A DNA stretch of 64,000 nucleotides, taken from NCBI GenBank assembly GCA_018660265.1, contig JABJKS010000057.1, forward strand, positions 66,506-130,505, in the 5' to 3' direction. Position numbers and translations under genes: made by a program. Source of the stretch: Rhodospirillaceae bacterium. Its GTDB lineage: Bacteria; Pseudomonadota; Alphaproteobacteria; GCA-2731375. The notes under the pieces are model-generated. The model did not search any database. It saw only the letters and a program-made list of their open reading frames with translations, and was not told where the DNA came from. This document shows, piece after piece, positions 9,477-19,784 of the stretch. Within the stretch, counting starts at the first letter, position 1. Each line of letters begins with the position of its first letter.

Positions 9477-9562
9477 GAGGCACACTCCTGCTATGGGTCC
9501 GCGCCGGGGCCCTATTCGTTCCAATTCGGTTCATGATGACACGGCGTAGGTTCAGCGGCAAA

Positions 9563-10360
9563 TTAACCGCCGGAAAAATCAGGCTTCCGTTTGTTCGTGA
9601 AGGCGCTGACCGCTTCCTGATGATCCGCCGTCAGGTTCGATTGGGTCTCCACGCTGATGCTCAGATCCATCATGGAATGGGCCAGTTGGCGCAAGGGAAT
9701 GTTGGTCACCTGCTTGGTCCAGCGAATGGATTTGGAGGCACCGGCGGCCAACCGCCGGGCCAGGCTATAGACCTTATCGTCCAGTTCATCCAACGGTACG
9801 ACATGGTTGATCAGACCAATCCGTTCCGCCTCGGTAGCGCTCATCAGATCGCCGGTGAACAGGTATTCCTTGGCCCGGGCAAAGCCGATCAACTGCGGCC
9901 AGATCACCGCCCCGCCATCGCCGGCCACCAATCCCGCCCCGACATGGGGATCGCCAATTTTGGCACCTTCGGCAGCGATGATAATATCGCAGAACAGGGC
10001 AACAGTGGCGCCCAGGCCCACCGCATGGCCATTAACACGGGCAATGATCGGCTTGTCGCATTCCAGCATGCGGAAAATAATGCGCTTAGCTTCGGGCACG
10101 ATTTCATCGAACAATTTTGGATCGTCGATTTTCTTTTGCATTTCAACCACATTGCCTCCCGCAGAGAAGGCCCGGCCCGCACCGGTCAGAACAATGACGT
10201 CTACCGCCGGGTCATCATGCAGGTCGCTCCAGATCTTGGACATGGCCAGATGCATACCACCCGTAAACGCATTCAGGTTTTCCGGCGCGTTCAGGGTGAC
10301 AGTCACGACGCCGTTGTCGTTTTCGACCAGAAGATCTTTGTAAATACTGTAATCAAACAT
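9563..10360 (-). CDS. Enoyl-CoA hydratase/isomerase (crotonase) family protein
   Basis: Crotonase fold motifs (VIVLTGAGRAFSAGGN..., ...ARVNGHAVGLGATVALFCD). A GAGGAAA RBS precedes the start. Confidence 0.85.
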   Translation of the reverse strand: MFDYSIYKDLLVENDNGVVTVTLNAPENLNAFTGGMHLAMSKIWSDLHDDPAVDVIVLTGAGRAFSAGGNVVEMQKKIDDPKLFDEIVPEAKRIIFRMLECDKPIIARVNGHAVGLGATVALFCDIIIAAEGAKIGDPHVGAGLVAGDGGAVIWPQLIGFARAKEYLFTGDLMSATEAERIGLINHVVPLDELDDKVYSLARRLAAGASKSIRWTKQVTNIPLRQLAHSMMDLSISVETQSNLTADHQEAVSAFTNKRKPDFSGG

Positions 10361-10405
10361 GCTCGTTTCCTCATTGTTTTTGTTTTGGGTTTTTTGTTTT
10401 GCGAG

Positions 10406-11659
10406 TTAGCGACTGTGAATTTTCACCGGCAAGGACCTGATGCCCCGGATGAAGTTGGAATAGAGCCGCACAGGCGGGCCCATGACTTCAATGTCCAAAT
10501 CACGGGCCAGGATTTCCTGCCACAGAATTTCCAATTGCAGCTCCGCCAAGCGATCACCGACACAGCGGTGAATGCCGGCCCCAAAGGAAAGGTGGCGTCG
10601 CACCTTGGCCCGATCAATGATGAACTGATCCGCGTTCTCAATCGCCTTTTCATCACGGTTGCCCGAGAGATACCACATCACCACCTTGTCCCCCTTGGCG
10701 ATGGTATGACCGCTAATTTCCGTCTCCTGCAACGCTGTGCGGCGCATATGGATCACCGGGGTCTGATAGCGAATGACTTCGTGCACCATGGGTTTGACCA
10801 GGCTGTGATCGGCCCGCAGCTTTGCCAACTCGCCCGGATTTTCCTGAAATGCCAACAACGCCCCACTCATGGAATTGCGCGTGGTATCGTTGCCCCCCAC
10901 GATCAACAAAGCGATATTGCCAATAAATTCCCGTGGCGACATGTTCGCCGTTGCCTCTGTGTGCGCCATCATGGAAATCAGATCAAAGGTCGGCTCGGCG
11001 GCCTCCCGCTCTTTCCAAAGCGCACCGAAATACTCGGCCATTTCGTAGAGATGCTTCATACGCTCTTCCTGGCTTTTGATCACGGCATCATCAGAGCCGA
11101 TGTCGGCAATCGCCACATCGGACCAAAAGCTCAACATCCGCCGATCCTCAAATGGAAAATCGAACAACGTCGCCAGCATCATCGCCGTCAGCTCGGTCGA
11201 GACCAGATCAACCCAGTCAAAGGTCTCGTCGCGGGGCAGGCTATCTAGATTTTCTGCCGTGCGCTGGCGGATCAGGTCTTCCATATTCTTCAGGTTAGTG
11301 GGTGCGACAATGGGCGCAACGGCCTTGCGCTGGGCCGTATGACCAGGTTGATCCATACGAATGAAATTCGGCAGCTCCTCACCCTGGGGCTGGTCATCAA
11401 CCCGAATGCCGCCCATGGCAGAGGCAGAAGAAAATGTGCCGTGGTCCAATTCCACCTGCATCATTTCGTCATAACAGCTAAGCGACCAATAGGGTCCATA
11501 GGGGCTGTCCATACAGCGATGGACCGGTGCTTCCCGCCGTAGCCGGGCAAAGACATCATGCCAGGCATCATTCTGATAGAGGGCGGGGTCGGAGACGTCT
11601 ATGTCCGCAAGCGCCCGCGTATGTAGATCGCTCAAGTGAGCTGCTTCGACCATAACCAC
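10406..11659 (-). CDS. Cytochrome P450
   Basis: Heme-binding loop FGAGIHRCVGDRLA and the EXXR motif (EVIRY). Confidence 0.9.
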   Translation of the reverse strand: MVMVEAAHLSDLHTRALADIDVSDPALYQNDAWHDVFARLRREAPVHRCMDSPYGPYWSLSCYDEMMQVELDHGTFSSASAMGGIRVDDQPQGEELPNFIRMDQPGHTAQRKAVAPIVAPTNLKNMEDLIRQRTAENLDSLPRDETFDWVDLVSTELTAMMLATLFDFPFEDRRMLSFWSDVAIADIGSDDAVIKSQEERMKHLYEMAEYFGALWKEREAAEPTFDLISMMAHTEATANMSPREFIGNIALLIVGGNDTTRNSMSGALLAFQENPGELAKLRADHSLVKPMVHEVIRYQTPVIHMRRTALQETEISGHTIAKGDKVVMWYLSGNRDEKAIENADQFIIDRAKVRRHLSFGAGIHRCVGDRLAELQLEILWQEILARDLDIEVMGPPVRLYSNFIRGIRSLPVKIHSR

Positions 11660-11766
11660 GCCTTTCTCTAACCGATGTTAGAAAACAGCATAGCACGGGA
11701 AAGTCGAAGATTTAAGCCAGTTGGATTGCCCGAAAGATCAAGCGTTATTCGAACGCTATTCGGGCG

Positions 11767-12519
11767 CTATTCAGGCCCTTCGCAGCTGAGGGCAAGATGC
11801 AGCGCCGCCGGTGAAATAACGCAACGGGCCAGATTGGCACGCCACAAATCGGCACCCTTTAAATCAGCAAAGGATAAATCTGCTTCGATAAGATTAGCCT
11901 CGGTCAGAGAGGCGGAGGACAGGTTGCTGCCTGACAAATTGGCCCGGCTCAAATCCGCGCCGGTCAGGTCCGCGCCAACCAATTTAGCACCCCGCAGCCG
12001 GGCACCGGACAGTTTCGCATTGGCCAAACTGACATGGCTTAAATCCCGGCCCTCTAGATTTACATTGGCGAGGTTTTCATCCGACAAATCCGCACGGATA
12101 CCATCACTGTCGCCCTGTAGCCATAGATGGTGGGAGGTCAACGTCCGCAACAAACGCCGATTGCGTTCGCCATTCGCTTTCTTTTGCTCTGCTTCAACGA
12201 TGTTTTTCTCGATGATGCGCGTATCAAGGGGTAATTGTGCCCGCCCCAGAACCACGCGCAACTGTCGTTGCGCATGCTTCATGTCATAAGCTTCAAGCTC
12301 ACCTGTGGTGAGATTGCCGCCCATGTGAAAGCGTACTTCGTACAAATATTCAATTAGCTTGGGTTGTTTCTGGTTAGAAGCATCAGTTTCTGCCTCGGCA
12401 GCACACAAAGCTGCCAGTTCCGCCGCGATTTCCTCGGGCGGGGCATAATTGCTGTTATGGCCGATACCAGGTTGCCATTCGGCAACCTGATCGTCAAATT
12501 CTCTACTGGTTGTGGCCAT
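11767..12519 (-). CDS. Pentapeptide-repeat protein with a ~150-aa N-terminal domain of unknown function
   Basis: The C-terminal ~100 aa are tandem A(D/N)LSG pentapeptide repeats (ADLSDENLANVNLEGRDLSHVSLANAKLSGARLRGAKLVGADLTGADLSRANLSG...). A GGAGG RBS precedes MATTSREF. GC is about 53% against about 60% in the flanks. Confidence 0.7.
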   Translation of the reverse strand: MATTSREFDDQVAEWQPGIGHNSNYAPPEEIAAELAALCAAEAETDASNQKQPKLIEYLYEVRFHMGGNLTTGELEAYDMKHAQRQLRVVLGRAQLPLDTRIIEKNIVEAEQKKANGERNRRLLRTLTSHHLWLQGDSDGIRADLSDENLANVNLEGRDLSHVSLANAKLSGARLRGAKLVGADLTGADLSRANLSGSNLSSASLTEANLIEADLSFADLKGADLWRANLARCVISPAALHLALSCEGPE

Positions 12520-12640
12520 ATAACGCGCCTCCATCTGCATATCAGGCACCGAAAGCCCGTCTGAATGCTCAAAATATGCTTCACATTATGACTACGAACC
12601 ATAGTTTCATCATATTAACAAAGGCTTAGTTTGGACCGGG

Positions 12641-15094
12641 TCAGGCCTTAATGTTTATACTTTTCGGGTCATAAAACGGGCGCAAAGATGCCGTCGCCTC
12701 TACTCGTTCACAGGCGACCTCAATCTCATAGGTTCCCGCATTGACGAAAGCAGCATCGACGACACCCCCTTCAGGGTCCTGCACATAGCCGAGGCCGATG
12801 GCAGCGCCTAAGCTGTGGCCATAGTTGCCTGAGCGCAGATGACCGACGATAACCCCATCCCGCCAAATTGGTTCGTTGTGATACAGCAGCTTTTCCGGGT
12901 CGGTCAGGCGGAATTGCACTAGTCGTTGGTGTGTCCCCGCTTCCCGCTGGGCCAATAACGCCTCCCGTCCTATGAAACCGCCAGGCTTGTCCCAGGCGAC
13001 GGCGAAACCAAGGCCGGCTTCCAACGGCGTATCTTCGTCCGTAATATCGTGGCCCCAATGACGATAGGCCTTTTCTATACGCAGGGAATCCATGGCGTGA
13101 TAGCCCGCATGCACCAGGCCGAATTTGGCCCCCGCCGCGACAATTTCGTCATAAACCCCTGGGACGAATTCCGACGGGATATACAGCTCCCACCCCAACT
13201 CACCCACATAGGTCAACCGGGTCGCGCGAACGGTGGCATAGGCGATATTGAGCAATTGCGAGGTGCCGAACGGAAACGCGGCGTTGCTTACGTCTGCATC
13301 CGTCAGGCCGGCCAACAGATCACGGGATTTCGGACCCATGATGGATATCACAGCCTGGGCCGAGGTCAGGTCCGTTAGATGGGCATGAGCGTCAGTCGGG
13401 ATATGTGATTTGAGCCAATGGAAGTCCCGCACCTGGCTGGTAGCCGAGGTGACGATGAGGAATTCATCCGCTTCCGTGCGGGTCACGGTCAGGTCAGCCT
13501 CGATCCCGCCGCGCGCGTTCAGCCATTGGGTATAGACCGTGCGCCCAATGGCTACATCAACCTCATTGGCACAGACTTGGTTCAAAACCGCCACGGCATC
13601 CCGCCCCGATAGCTGAAACTTCGCGAATGAGGTCTGATCAAACAGGGCAACACTTTCCCGCACTGCCAGATGTTCGGCGGCGGAATATTCGAACCAGTTC
13701 TGCCGGCCATAGCTGTATTCATACTGCGGATCCGTGACCCCCGGCGCATACCAATTGGCCCGCTCCCACCCTGCCGCCTCGCCAAAGGCTGCACCGGCGT
13801 TCACCAGACGGTCGTGCAAGGGTGATTTCCGCACCCCACGTGCGGTGCGATATTGATAGAACGGCCAATGCGGCGCGTAGAGCAGACCCAGGCATTCGCT
13901 GACCCGTTCTTTCAGGAAGCGCGGATTGCTTTGATGGGGAAGTGTGCGGCGAATATCCACATCCCACAGATCCAGGGGCGCATAGCCATTACGGATCCAT
14001 TCCGCCATGACCTTGCCCACCCCACCGGCGGATTGAATGCCGATGGAGTTGAAACCACAGGCGACGAACAGCCCCGTGACATCAGGCACCTCACCAAGAT
14101 GATAGCGATTGTCCGGCGTAAAGCTTTCCGGACCACAGAACCAGGTCCTGATCCCGGTTTCCTGTAGGGCCGGCATGCGGTTCAAGGCCCGCTCCAACAC
14201 CGGCATGAAATGCTCCATATCATTCGGCAATTCATCAAAACAGAAGTCTTCCGGTATGCCGTCCATACCCCAGGGCTTGGCCTCGGGCTCAAACGCGCCA
14301 AGCAGGATCTTGCCCGCGTCCTCCTTGAAGTAGGCAAAATTGTCGGGGTCCCGCAGCACCGGCAGATCAGGCGTGACACCGGCGATGGGATCGGTCACCA
14401 CATAGAAATGTTCGCAGGCGTGCAGGGGTATTAAGGTGTTGGTGAAGCCACCGACCGAGCGCCCCCACATTCCCGTGCAATTGACCACGATGTCGGCGCT
14501 GATATGGCCGTCTTCTATTTCAACCCCCGTAACCCTGCCACCTTCCGTCGAGATATCGGTAACCTTGATATTCTCCAGCACTGTCGCACCACCGGCACGC
14601 GCGCCCTTGGCCAGGGCCTGGGTCAAATCGGATGGATTGATCTGGCCATCCTTAGGCAGGAATACCCCGCCCACCACATCGTCGACGTTCAGCAGAGGAT
14701 GCATCCGGCGAATATCGTTCTGATCGATCTCCTCCACCGCCAATCCGAACACCCGCGCCATGGAGGCACCCCGGCGCAATTCCTCCATCCGCTCGCCATT
14801 TGTCGCCAGAGAAATCGAGCCATTCTGTTTGAAGCCCGTGGCCTGGCCCGTCTCCGCCTCCAAACCGGCATAAAGTTCGGTTGAATATTTTGCCAACTGG
14901 GTGAGGTTTTGCGTCGCCCGCAACTGCCCCACCAAACCAGCCGCATGCCAGGTGGTCCCCGATGACAACTGTTTGCGTTCCAGCAACAGCACATCCGTGA
15001 TACCCAACTTGACCAGATGATAGGCGATGGAACAACCGACGACACCGCCGCCAACAATGACGACAGAGGCATGGTTCGGCACCGACTTTGGCAT
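12641..15094 (-). CDS. Dimethylglycine/sarcosine-dehydrogenase-family flavoprotein (FAD oxidase domain fused to a GcvT-like aminomethyltransferase domain)
   Basis: N-terminal FAD dinucleotide fold (VVIVGGGVVGCSIAYHL). C-terminal GcvT-like folate-binding domain. 817 aa. A GGAGG RBS precedes the start. Confidence 0.85.
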   Translation of the reverse strand: MPKSVPNHASVVIVGGGVVGCSIAYHLVKLGITDVLLLERKQLSSGTTWHAAGLVGQLRATQNLTQLAKYSTELYAGLEAETGQATGFKQNGSISLATNGERMEELRRGASMARVFGLAVEEIDQNDIRRMHPLLNVDDVVGGVFLPKDGQINPSDLTQALAKGARAGGATVLENIKVTDISTEGGRVTGVEIEDGHISADIVVNCTGMWGRSVGGFTNTLIPLHACEHFYVVTDPIAGVTPDLPVLRDPDNFAYFKEDAGKILLGAFEPEAKPWGMDGIPEDFCFDELPNDMEHFMPVLERALNRMPALQETGIRTWFCGPESFTPDNRYHLGEVPDVTGLFVACGFNSIGIQSAGGVGKVMAEWIRNGYAPLDLWDVDIRRTLPHQSNPRFLKERVSECLGLLYAPHWPFYQYRTARGVRKSPLHDRLVNAGAAFGEAAGWERANWYAPGVTDPQYEYSYGRQNWFEYSAAEHLAVRESVALFDQTSFAKFQLSGRDAVAVLNQVCANEVDVAIGRTVYTQWLNARGGIEADLTVTRTEADEFLIVTSATSQVRDFHWLKSHIPTDAHAHLTDLTSAQAVISIMGPKSRDLLAGLTDADVSNAAFPFGTSQLLNIAYATVRATRLTYVGELGWELYIPSEFVPGVYDEIVAAGAKFGLVHAGYHAMDSLRIEKAYRHWGHDITDEDTPLEAGLGFAVAWDKPGGFIGREALLAQREAGTHQRLVQFRLTDPEKLLYHNEPIWRDGVIVGHLRSGNYGHSLGAAIGLGYVQDPEGGVVDAAFVNAGTYEIEVACERVEATASLRPFYDPKSINIKA

Positions 15095-15184
15095 AGAGAC
15101 CTCCAAACAAAGTGATTTGCCGACACCCTACCGGAATGAGGCGTCCTGGGCCATAATGCGACAACAAATTTTGGGGAGATGCTC

Positions 15185-16888
15185 GTGACATATGATTTGG
15201 TAGTACGCAATGGCATGGTCGTCGATGGTTCGGGCATGCCCCGTTATCGTGCCGACGTCGGCGTCAAGGACGGCAAGATTGCCCATATCGGGCGCATAGC
15301 AAACGGCGCGGGCGAAAGCATCGATGCCGAGGGGCATGTGGTCAGCCCCGGCTTTGTCGATGGGCATACCCATATGGACGCGCAGATTTTTTGGGATCCC
15401 TTGGGAAGTTGTTCCAGCTATCACGGTGTTACATCCGTTGTGATGGGCAATTGCGGTTTTACCCTGGCACCGTGCAGACAGGCAGAAGCGGACTTGGTCT
15501 TTCGCAATTTGGAACGGGCCGAGGATATTTCCCGTGACGCCATGTTGGCTGGCATCGATTGGAACTGGGAGACTTTTCCCGAATATCTCGACGTGCTGGA
15601 CGGACTGCCCAAAGGCATCAACTATGCAGGCTATATGGGGCATTCCGCCCTGCGCACCTATGTCATGGGGGAACGGGCCTTTTCCGAAGCCGCCAGCGAG
15701 GATGAGTTGGCGAAAATGGCCCACATGGTCAAGGAGGCTGTGCAGGCCGGGGCCATCGGCTTTTCCTCCTCCCGCAGTATGAACCATGAGACATCCGACA
15801 ACCGGCCCGTCGCCTCACGTGCCGGTGACTGGAACGAGCTGTCGACCATGGTCCGCGCCATGGGAGAGATCAACGCAGGTATCCTGGAAATGGCGGGCGA
15901 GCCTACGGGCGAAGTCCATGACCGGGCCGAGACCTATTTCAATGGCCTGAAAGACCTGTCGGTCGAAACAGGCCGCCCGATCACGTTCGGTATGTTTTCC
16001 ACCCGCAAGAAACCAGGTGCATGGCGGCCCTGGTTCGATGTCATCAACAAAGCGGCGGCGGAGGGCGGTCGGTTATTCGTGCAGGTTCACAGCCGGGCCC
16101 TGAACGTGTTGTTGTCGTACGGCACGGCCATGCCTTTTGATAAGCGGGAACTGTGGCGGGATATCCGCGCCCTGCCCCTGGCAGAACAAAAGGCCGCCTT
16201 CCAGAATTCAGAGACCAAAGCAAAATTGATCGAAATCGCCAACCGCCCCCATGAGGGCCCCAAAGCCATCGGCACGGAAATCCGCCCGCCCGATTGGGAT
16301 TGGCTGTTCCTGATGGACACGGTTGAAGGCCCCCACCAAACAATGGCAGAGGTGGCCCGGCAACGAGGTGTCTCGGAGGTCGAGGCGATGATCGACCTCG
16401 GTGTCGAAAGCGACATGAAGGTCTTCTTCCGCCAACCCGTCGCCAACGAGGATCAGGACCAGGCCCTGGAAATGATGCGGCATCCCCGCTCCGTTGTGAC
16501 TTTTTCGGATTCCGGTGCCCATGTCAGCCAGATCATGGACAGCTCCCTCCAGACCCATTTGTTCAGCCATTGGGTACGGGAAAAGCAGGCCTTCACGTTG
16601 GAGGAAGCTGTGCGTCTGGTCACCTATGACACGGCGACCCATTGGGGCTTTCATGATCGCGGTTTGATCCGTGAAGGCATGGCGGCTGATCTGGTGGTCT
16701 TTGACCCCGACACGATTGGGGCCCGTATGCCCGAAGTGGTCACTGATCTGCCCGCATCCGCCAAACGCCTGAAACAAACCGCCAATGGCATCCGCGCCAC
16801 GGTGGTCAACGGCCAGGTTCTGCTACGCGACAATGAACCCACAGGTGCGACACCTGGTCGGCTTATCCGGGGACCGCTCGCGAACTGA
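15185..16888 (+). CDS. N-acyl-D-amino-acid deacylase family amidohydrolase (paralog of the gene at 2559-4286)
   Basis: YDLVVRNGMVVDGSG...SPGFVDGHTHMDAQ. Ends PGRLIRGPLAN, compared with PGKLIRGPQAN in the paralog. GTG start with a GGGGAG RBS. Confidence 0.85.
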   Translation: MTYDLVVRNGMVVDGSGMPRYRADVGVKDGKIAHIGRIANGAGESIDAEGHVVSPGFVDGHTHMDAQIFWDPLGSCSSYHGVTSVVMGNCGFTLAPCRQAEADLVFRNLERAEDISRDAMLAGIDWNWETFPEYLDVLDGLPKGINYAGYMGHSALRTYVMGERAFSEAASEDELAKMAHMVKEAVQAGAIGFSSSRSMNHETSDNRPVASRAGDWNELSTMVRAMGEINAGILEMAGEPTGEVHDRAETYFNGLKDLSVETGRPITFGMFSTRKKPGAWRPWFDVINKAAAEGGRLFVQVHSRALNVLLSYGTAMPFDKRELWRDIRALPLAEQKAAFQNSETKAKLIEIANRPHEGPKAIGTEIRPPDWDWLFLMDTVEGPHQTMAEVARQRGVSEVEAMIDLGVESDMKVFFRQPVANEDQDQALEMMRHPRSVVTFSDSGAHVSQIMDSSLQTHLFSHWVREKQAFTLEEAVRLVTYDTATHWGFHDRGLIREGMAADLVVFDPDTIGARMPEVVTDLPASAKRLKQTANGIRATVVNGQVLLRDNEPTGATPGRLIRGPLAN

Positions 16889-16892
16889 AACG

Positions 16893-17879
16893 ATGCAAGT
16901 ACAAGATCCATATGGCCAGATTTCTGCCCGGTACAAGAAATTTGCGGAGGCAGAGGCACGCGGACAATCCGAGCAATATGAGTACCTGGCAAGAGGGATT
17001 TCCGAAAGTCCTGAGCTTCTCGCCTTCCTCACAACTTTGCCAGAGGCATGCCAACAGCCAAATCTCTTTCTTGCTGCTGTTCGCTGGATCGAAGGTGTGC
17101 CAAAGGACGTTGCCGGGTTGCATGACATTGTCAGGGCGAACCGGTCGACCCTTCGCGATGTCATGCTGACACGAACGACGCAAACCAATGAACCGGCCCG
17201 TTGTTCGGTTCTCGTCCCCGCGCTGGCCGGCCTGAAACAACCGTTGGCATTGATTGAGGTTGGCGCATCTGCAGGCCTGTGTTTGTTTCCCGACCATTAT
17301 GCCTATGACTACGGTAAGTTGAAGCTAGCCCCCCCAATAGGGCCGGCCACGATACCACCCCTTTTTCGCTGTCAGATAACCGGTGATCCGCCGATACCAT
17401 CCCGATTGCCGCAAATTACCTGGCGTCGTGGCTTAGACTTAAACCCGATCTCCCTTGATAATCCCGATCAGATGAGATGGCTTGAAGGCCTTGTCTGGCC
17501 AGGTCAGGCACAGAGGTTATCCCGGCTACAGGCAGCTATTCGCATTGTCCGAAGCGACCCGCCGGAAGTCATCAAAGGTGATTTACAAACAGATCTGTTT
17601 GAGCTTATTACCAGCGTCCCGAAAGGACTAACCCCTGTCGTCTTCCATTCGGCGGTCTTGAATTATGTCAGCGCGCAATCGGACAGGGATGATTTTGCTT
17701 CAATGGTACAAGGTTCCGGTGCTGTGTGGATCAGCAACGAAGCGCCCTCTATATTCCCCCAAATACATCGAAAAGTATCGGGCAAAACCAAGGCCGGATG
17801 TTTTTTGTTATCGATTGACGGCAACCCTGTCGCTTGGACAGGCCCCCATGGCCAGACACTAGACTGGTTCGGGGGATAG
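16893..17879 (+). CDS. DUF2332-family protein
   Basis: About 328 aa. Conserved features of this uncharacterised family (LAAVRWIEG..., ...LIEVGASAGLCL...). Starts 5 bp after the preceding stop. Confidence 0.6.
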   Translation: MQVQDPYGQISARYKKFAEAEARGQSEQYEYLARGISESPELLAFLTTLPEACQQPNLFLAAVRWIEGVPKDVAGLHDIVRANRSTLRDVMLTRTTQTNEPARCSVLVPALAGLKQPLALIEVGASAGLCLFPDHYAYDYGKLKLAPPIGPATIPPLFRCQITGDPPIPSRLPQITWRRGLDLNPISLDNPDQMRWLEGLVWPGQAQRLSRLQAAIRIVRSDPPEVIKGDLQTDLFELITSVPKGLTPVVFHSAVLNYVSAQSDRDDFASMVQGSGAVWISNEAPSIFPQIHRKVSGKTKAGCFLLSIDGNPVAWTGPHGQTLDWFGG

Positions 17880-17881
17880 CA

Positions 17882-18064
17882 TCAGTTCAGATAGGGTAGT
17901 GAGGTTACGGCCAGCGCTGCGCCGATGATGATGGCGGCAAAAATGATCCCGCCGCGCCTGGTGGTCCAACTTTTTGGCACACCCAATAACATCGCGACGC
18001 GGCGTCCCCCCAACCACCAAACCAGGCCGCCGGCAGCGATCAAAATGACCAATAGGATTTTCAC
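17882..18064 (-). CDS. Possible small two-TM membrane protein
   Basis: 60-aa ORF with two hydrophobic helices. GTG start with no clear RBS, so weakly supported. Confidence 0.25.
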   Translation of the reverse strand: MKILLVILIAAGGLVWWLGGRRVAMLLGVPKSWTTRRGGIIFAAIIIGAALAVTSLPYLN

Positions 18065-18079
18065 GCGGCGGTTCGTGCT

Positions 18080-18733
18080 TTAGGCGGCGGCGTCGTCCGT
18101 CAGATTGGTGTCGAGGTAGGTTGCGACCTCTTTATTGACCCGATCCATCTTGCCTTGGAAAAAGTGCGTCGCGCCGGGGATTTTTCGATAGTCGATGGCA
18201 ATACCGCGTTGGGCCTGCAAACGTTCGGCCAGGGCGGCGGCATCCGCCTCGGGCACCGTGTCATCCCGGCTGCCGTGCACAATCAGGCCCGATGCGGGAC
18301 AGGGTGCCAGGAAGGTAAAGTCAAAATTATTAGCGGGCGGCGCGATGGAGATAAAGCCGGCTATTTCCGGCCGCCGCATCAAAAGCTGCATGGAAATCCA
18401 GGCCCCAAAGGAATAACCACCGATCCAGCAGGTTTTGGCATTCACATTGATGCTTTGCAGCCAATCCAGGGCGGAGGCCGCATCGGACAGTTCGCCAATG
18501 CCGTTGTCATAGCTGCCCTGGCTGCGCCCGACGCCGCGAAAATTAAAGCGCAGGACGGAAAAATCCCGCTCCACAAACGATTGATACAGATTATAGACAA
18601 TCTTGTTATTCATGGTGCCCCCGAAACGTGGGTGGGGATGCAACACAATGGCAATAGGGGCGTTGGTTTCCTTGCTTTCGTGATAGCGCCCTTCCAATCG
18701 TCCGACCGGTCCGTTGAAGATTACTTCAGGCAT
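18080..18733 (-). CDS. Alpha/beta-fold hydrolase (esterase-like, ~217 aa)
   Basis: GYSFG nucleophile-elbow motif and catalytic His near the C-terminus. An AAGGAG RBS precedes the start. Confidence 0.75.
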   Translation of the reverse strand: MPEVIFNGPVGRLEGRYHESKETNAPIAIVLHPHPRFGGTMNNKIVYNLYQSFVERDFSVLRFNFRGVGRSQGSYDNGIGELSDAASALDWLQSINVNAKTCWIGGYSFGAWISMQLLMRRPEIAGFISIAPPANNFDFTFLAPCPASGLIVHGSRDDTVPEADAAALAERLQAQRGIAIDYRKIPGATHFFQGKMDRVNKEVATYLDTNLTDDAAA

Positions 18734-18992
18734 AAATTGGGCACTCCTTATAGTCGATGCTGCAACCCAGTCGCTTCAGGGAGCTATCGACAGCTTCTAC
18801 AATGGCCATATAAGGCACCCCACCCCTAATCTGCAAGTCTTTGCCGTATATTTTGCCCGAATTCACAAAATATTGGCCATTCGCAGTGCATCTTGAACAT
18901 TTGATCAAGGGTAACTAGGTTAATAGTGATTCGATCATTACAGCCCAGGGAATTTGTTTTCCTGGTGTAATGGATCGGTGTGGAGATGCAAG

Positions 18993-19766
18993 ATGTTCAA
19001 GACCTTGGCTGATGACATCGCGGCCTGCATGGCGCGCGACCCGGCGGCGCGTTCCAAACTGGAAGTCATCCTGGCCTATCCGGGCTTTCACGCTGTGGTC
19101 TTCTACCGCATGGCCAGGTTTTTCTGGCGGCGGAATTTCTTCCTGTTAGGCCGGGTTATTTCCCATATTGGGCGGATGCTGACCGGCATTGAAATTCATC
19201 CTGGCGCAACCATCGGTAAGGGATTTTTCATCGACCATGGTCTGGGCGTGGTGATCGGCGAAACGGCGGAGATCGGCAATAACGTCACTCTTTACCATGA
19301 CGTGACCTTGGGCGGGATCGCACCTTCAGTGGATTCAGCTGCCCAACGCCAAACCAAACGCCATCCGACCTTGGGCGATGATGTCATCGTCGGTTCCGGG
19401 GCACAGATTTTAGGCCCCATTACCGTCGGTGCCGGTGCCCGCGTTGGGGCCAATTCCGTTGCCCTGCGCGATGTGCCGCCAGGTGCCACCGTCGTTGGCA
19501 TTCCCGCCAAGGTCGCCCGTGGCCGCGCGCCGGAGGGAGAGGAAAAGAATATTCCCTTCGCAGCCTACGGCACCCAGGCCGATATCCCTGATCCGGTGCA
19601 ACGGGTGATCGACGCCCTGTTGGACAAAGTTCAGGGTCTGTCCATGCGGGTGGAAGAACTGGAACGTGAGGCGGCAAACCCCTATGCTGTCGATGATGAT
19701 AATTTCAGCGAAACAGACAGCGACGATGAGGCCGACGGCGATGATTGTACGGGACGCAATAATTAA
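18993..19766 (+). CDS. cysE: Serine O-acetyltransferase
   Basis: Hexapeptide-repeat left-handed beta-helix ([31 protein letters not shown]...) with the SAT N-terminal domain. Confidence 0.85.
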   Translation: MFKTLADDIAACMARDPAARSKLEVILAYPGFHAVVFYRMARFFWRRNFFLLGRVISHIGRMLTGIEIHPGATIGKGFFIDHGLGVVIGETAEIGNNVTLYHDVTLGGIAPSVDSAAQRQTKRHPTLGDDVIVGSGAQILGPITVGAGARVGANSVALRDVPPGATVVGIPAKVARGRAPEGEEKNIPFAAYGTQADIPDPVQRVIDALLDKVQGLSMRVEELEREAANPYAVDDDNFSETDSDDEADGDDCTGRNN

Positions 19767-19784
19767 ACTGACCGGACTGGCGTC

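Noticed and set aside
9533-11248. 571-aa + strand ORF
   Set aside because: It is entirely antisense to the crotonase (9563-10360) and the cytochrome P450 (10406-11659), both of which have unambiguous catalytic motifs. It is a high-GC antisense artefact with low-complexity R/G/H-rich composition.
16208-16777. 189-aa - strand ORF
   Set aside because: It is antisense to the second D-aminoacylase gene.
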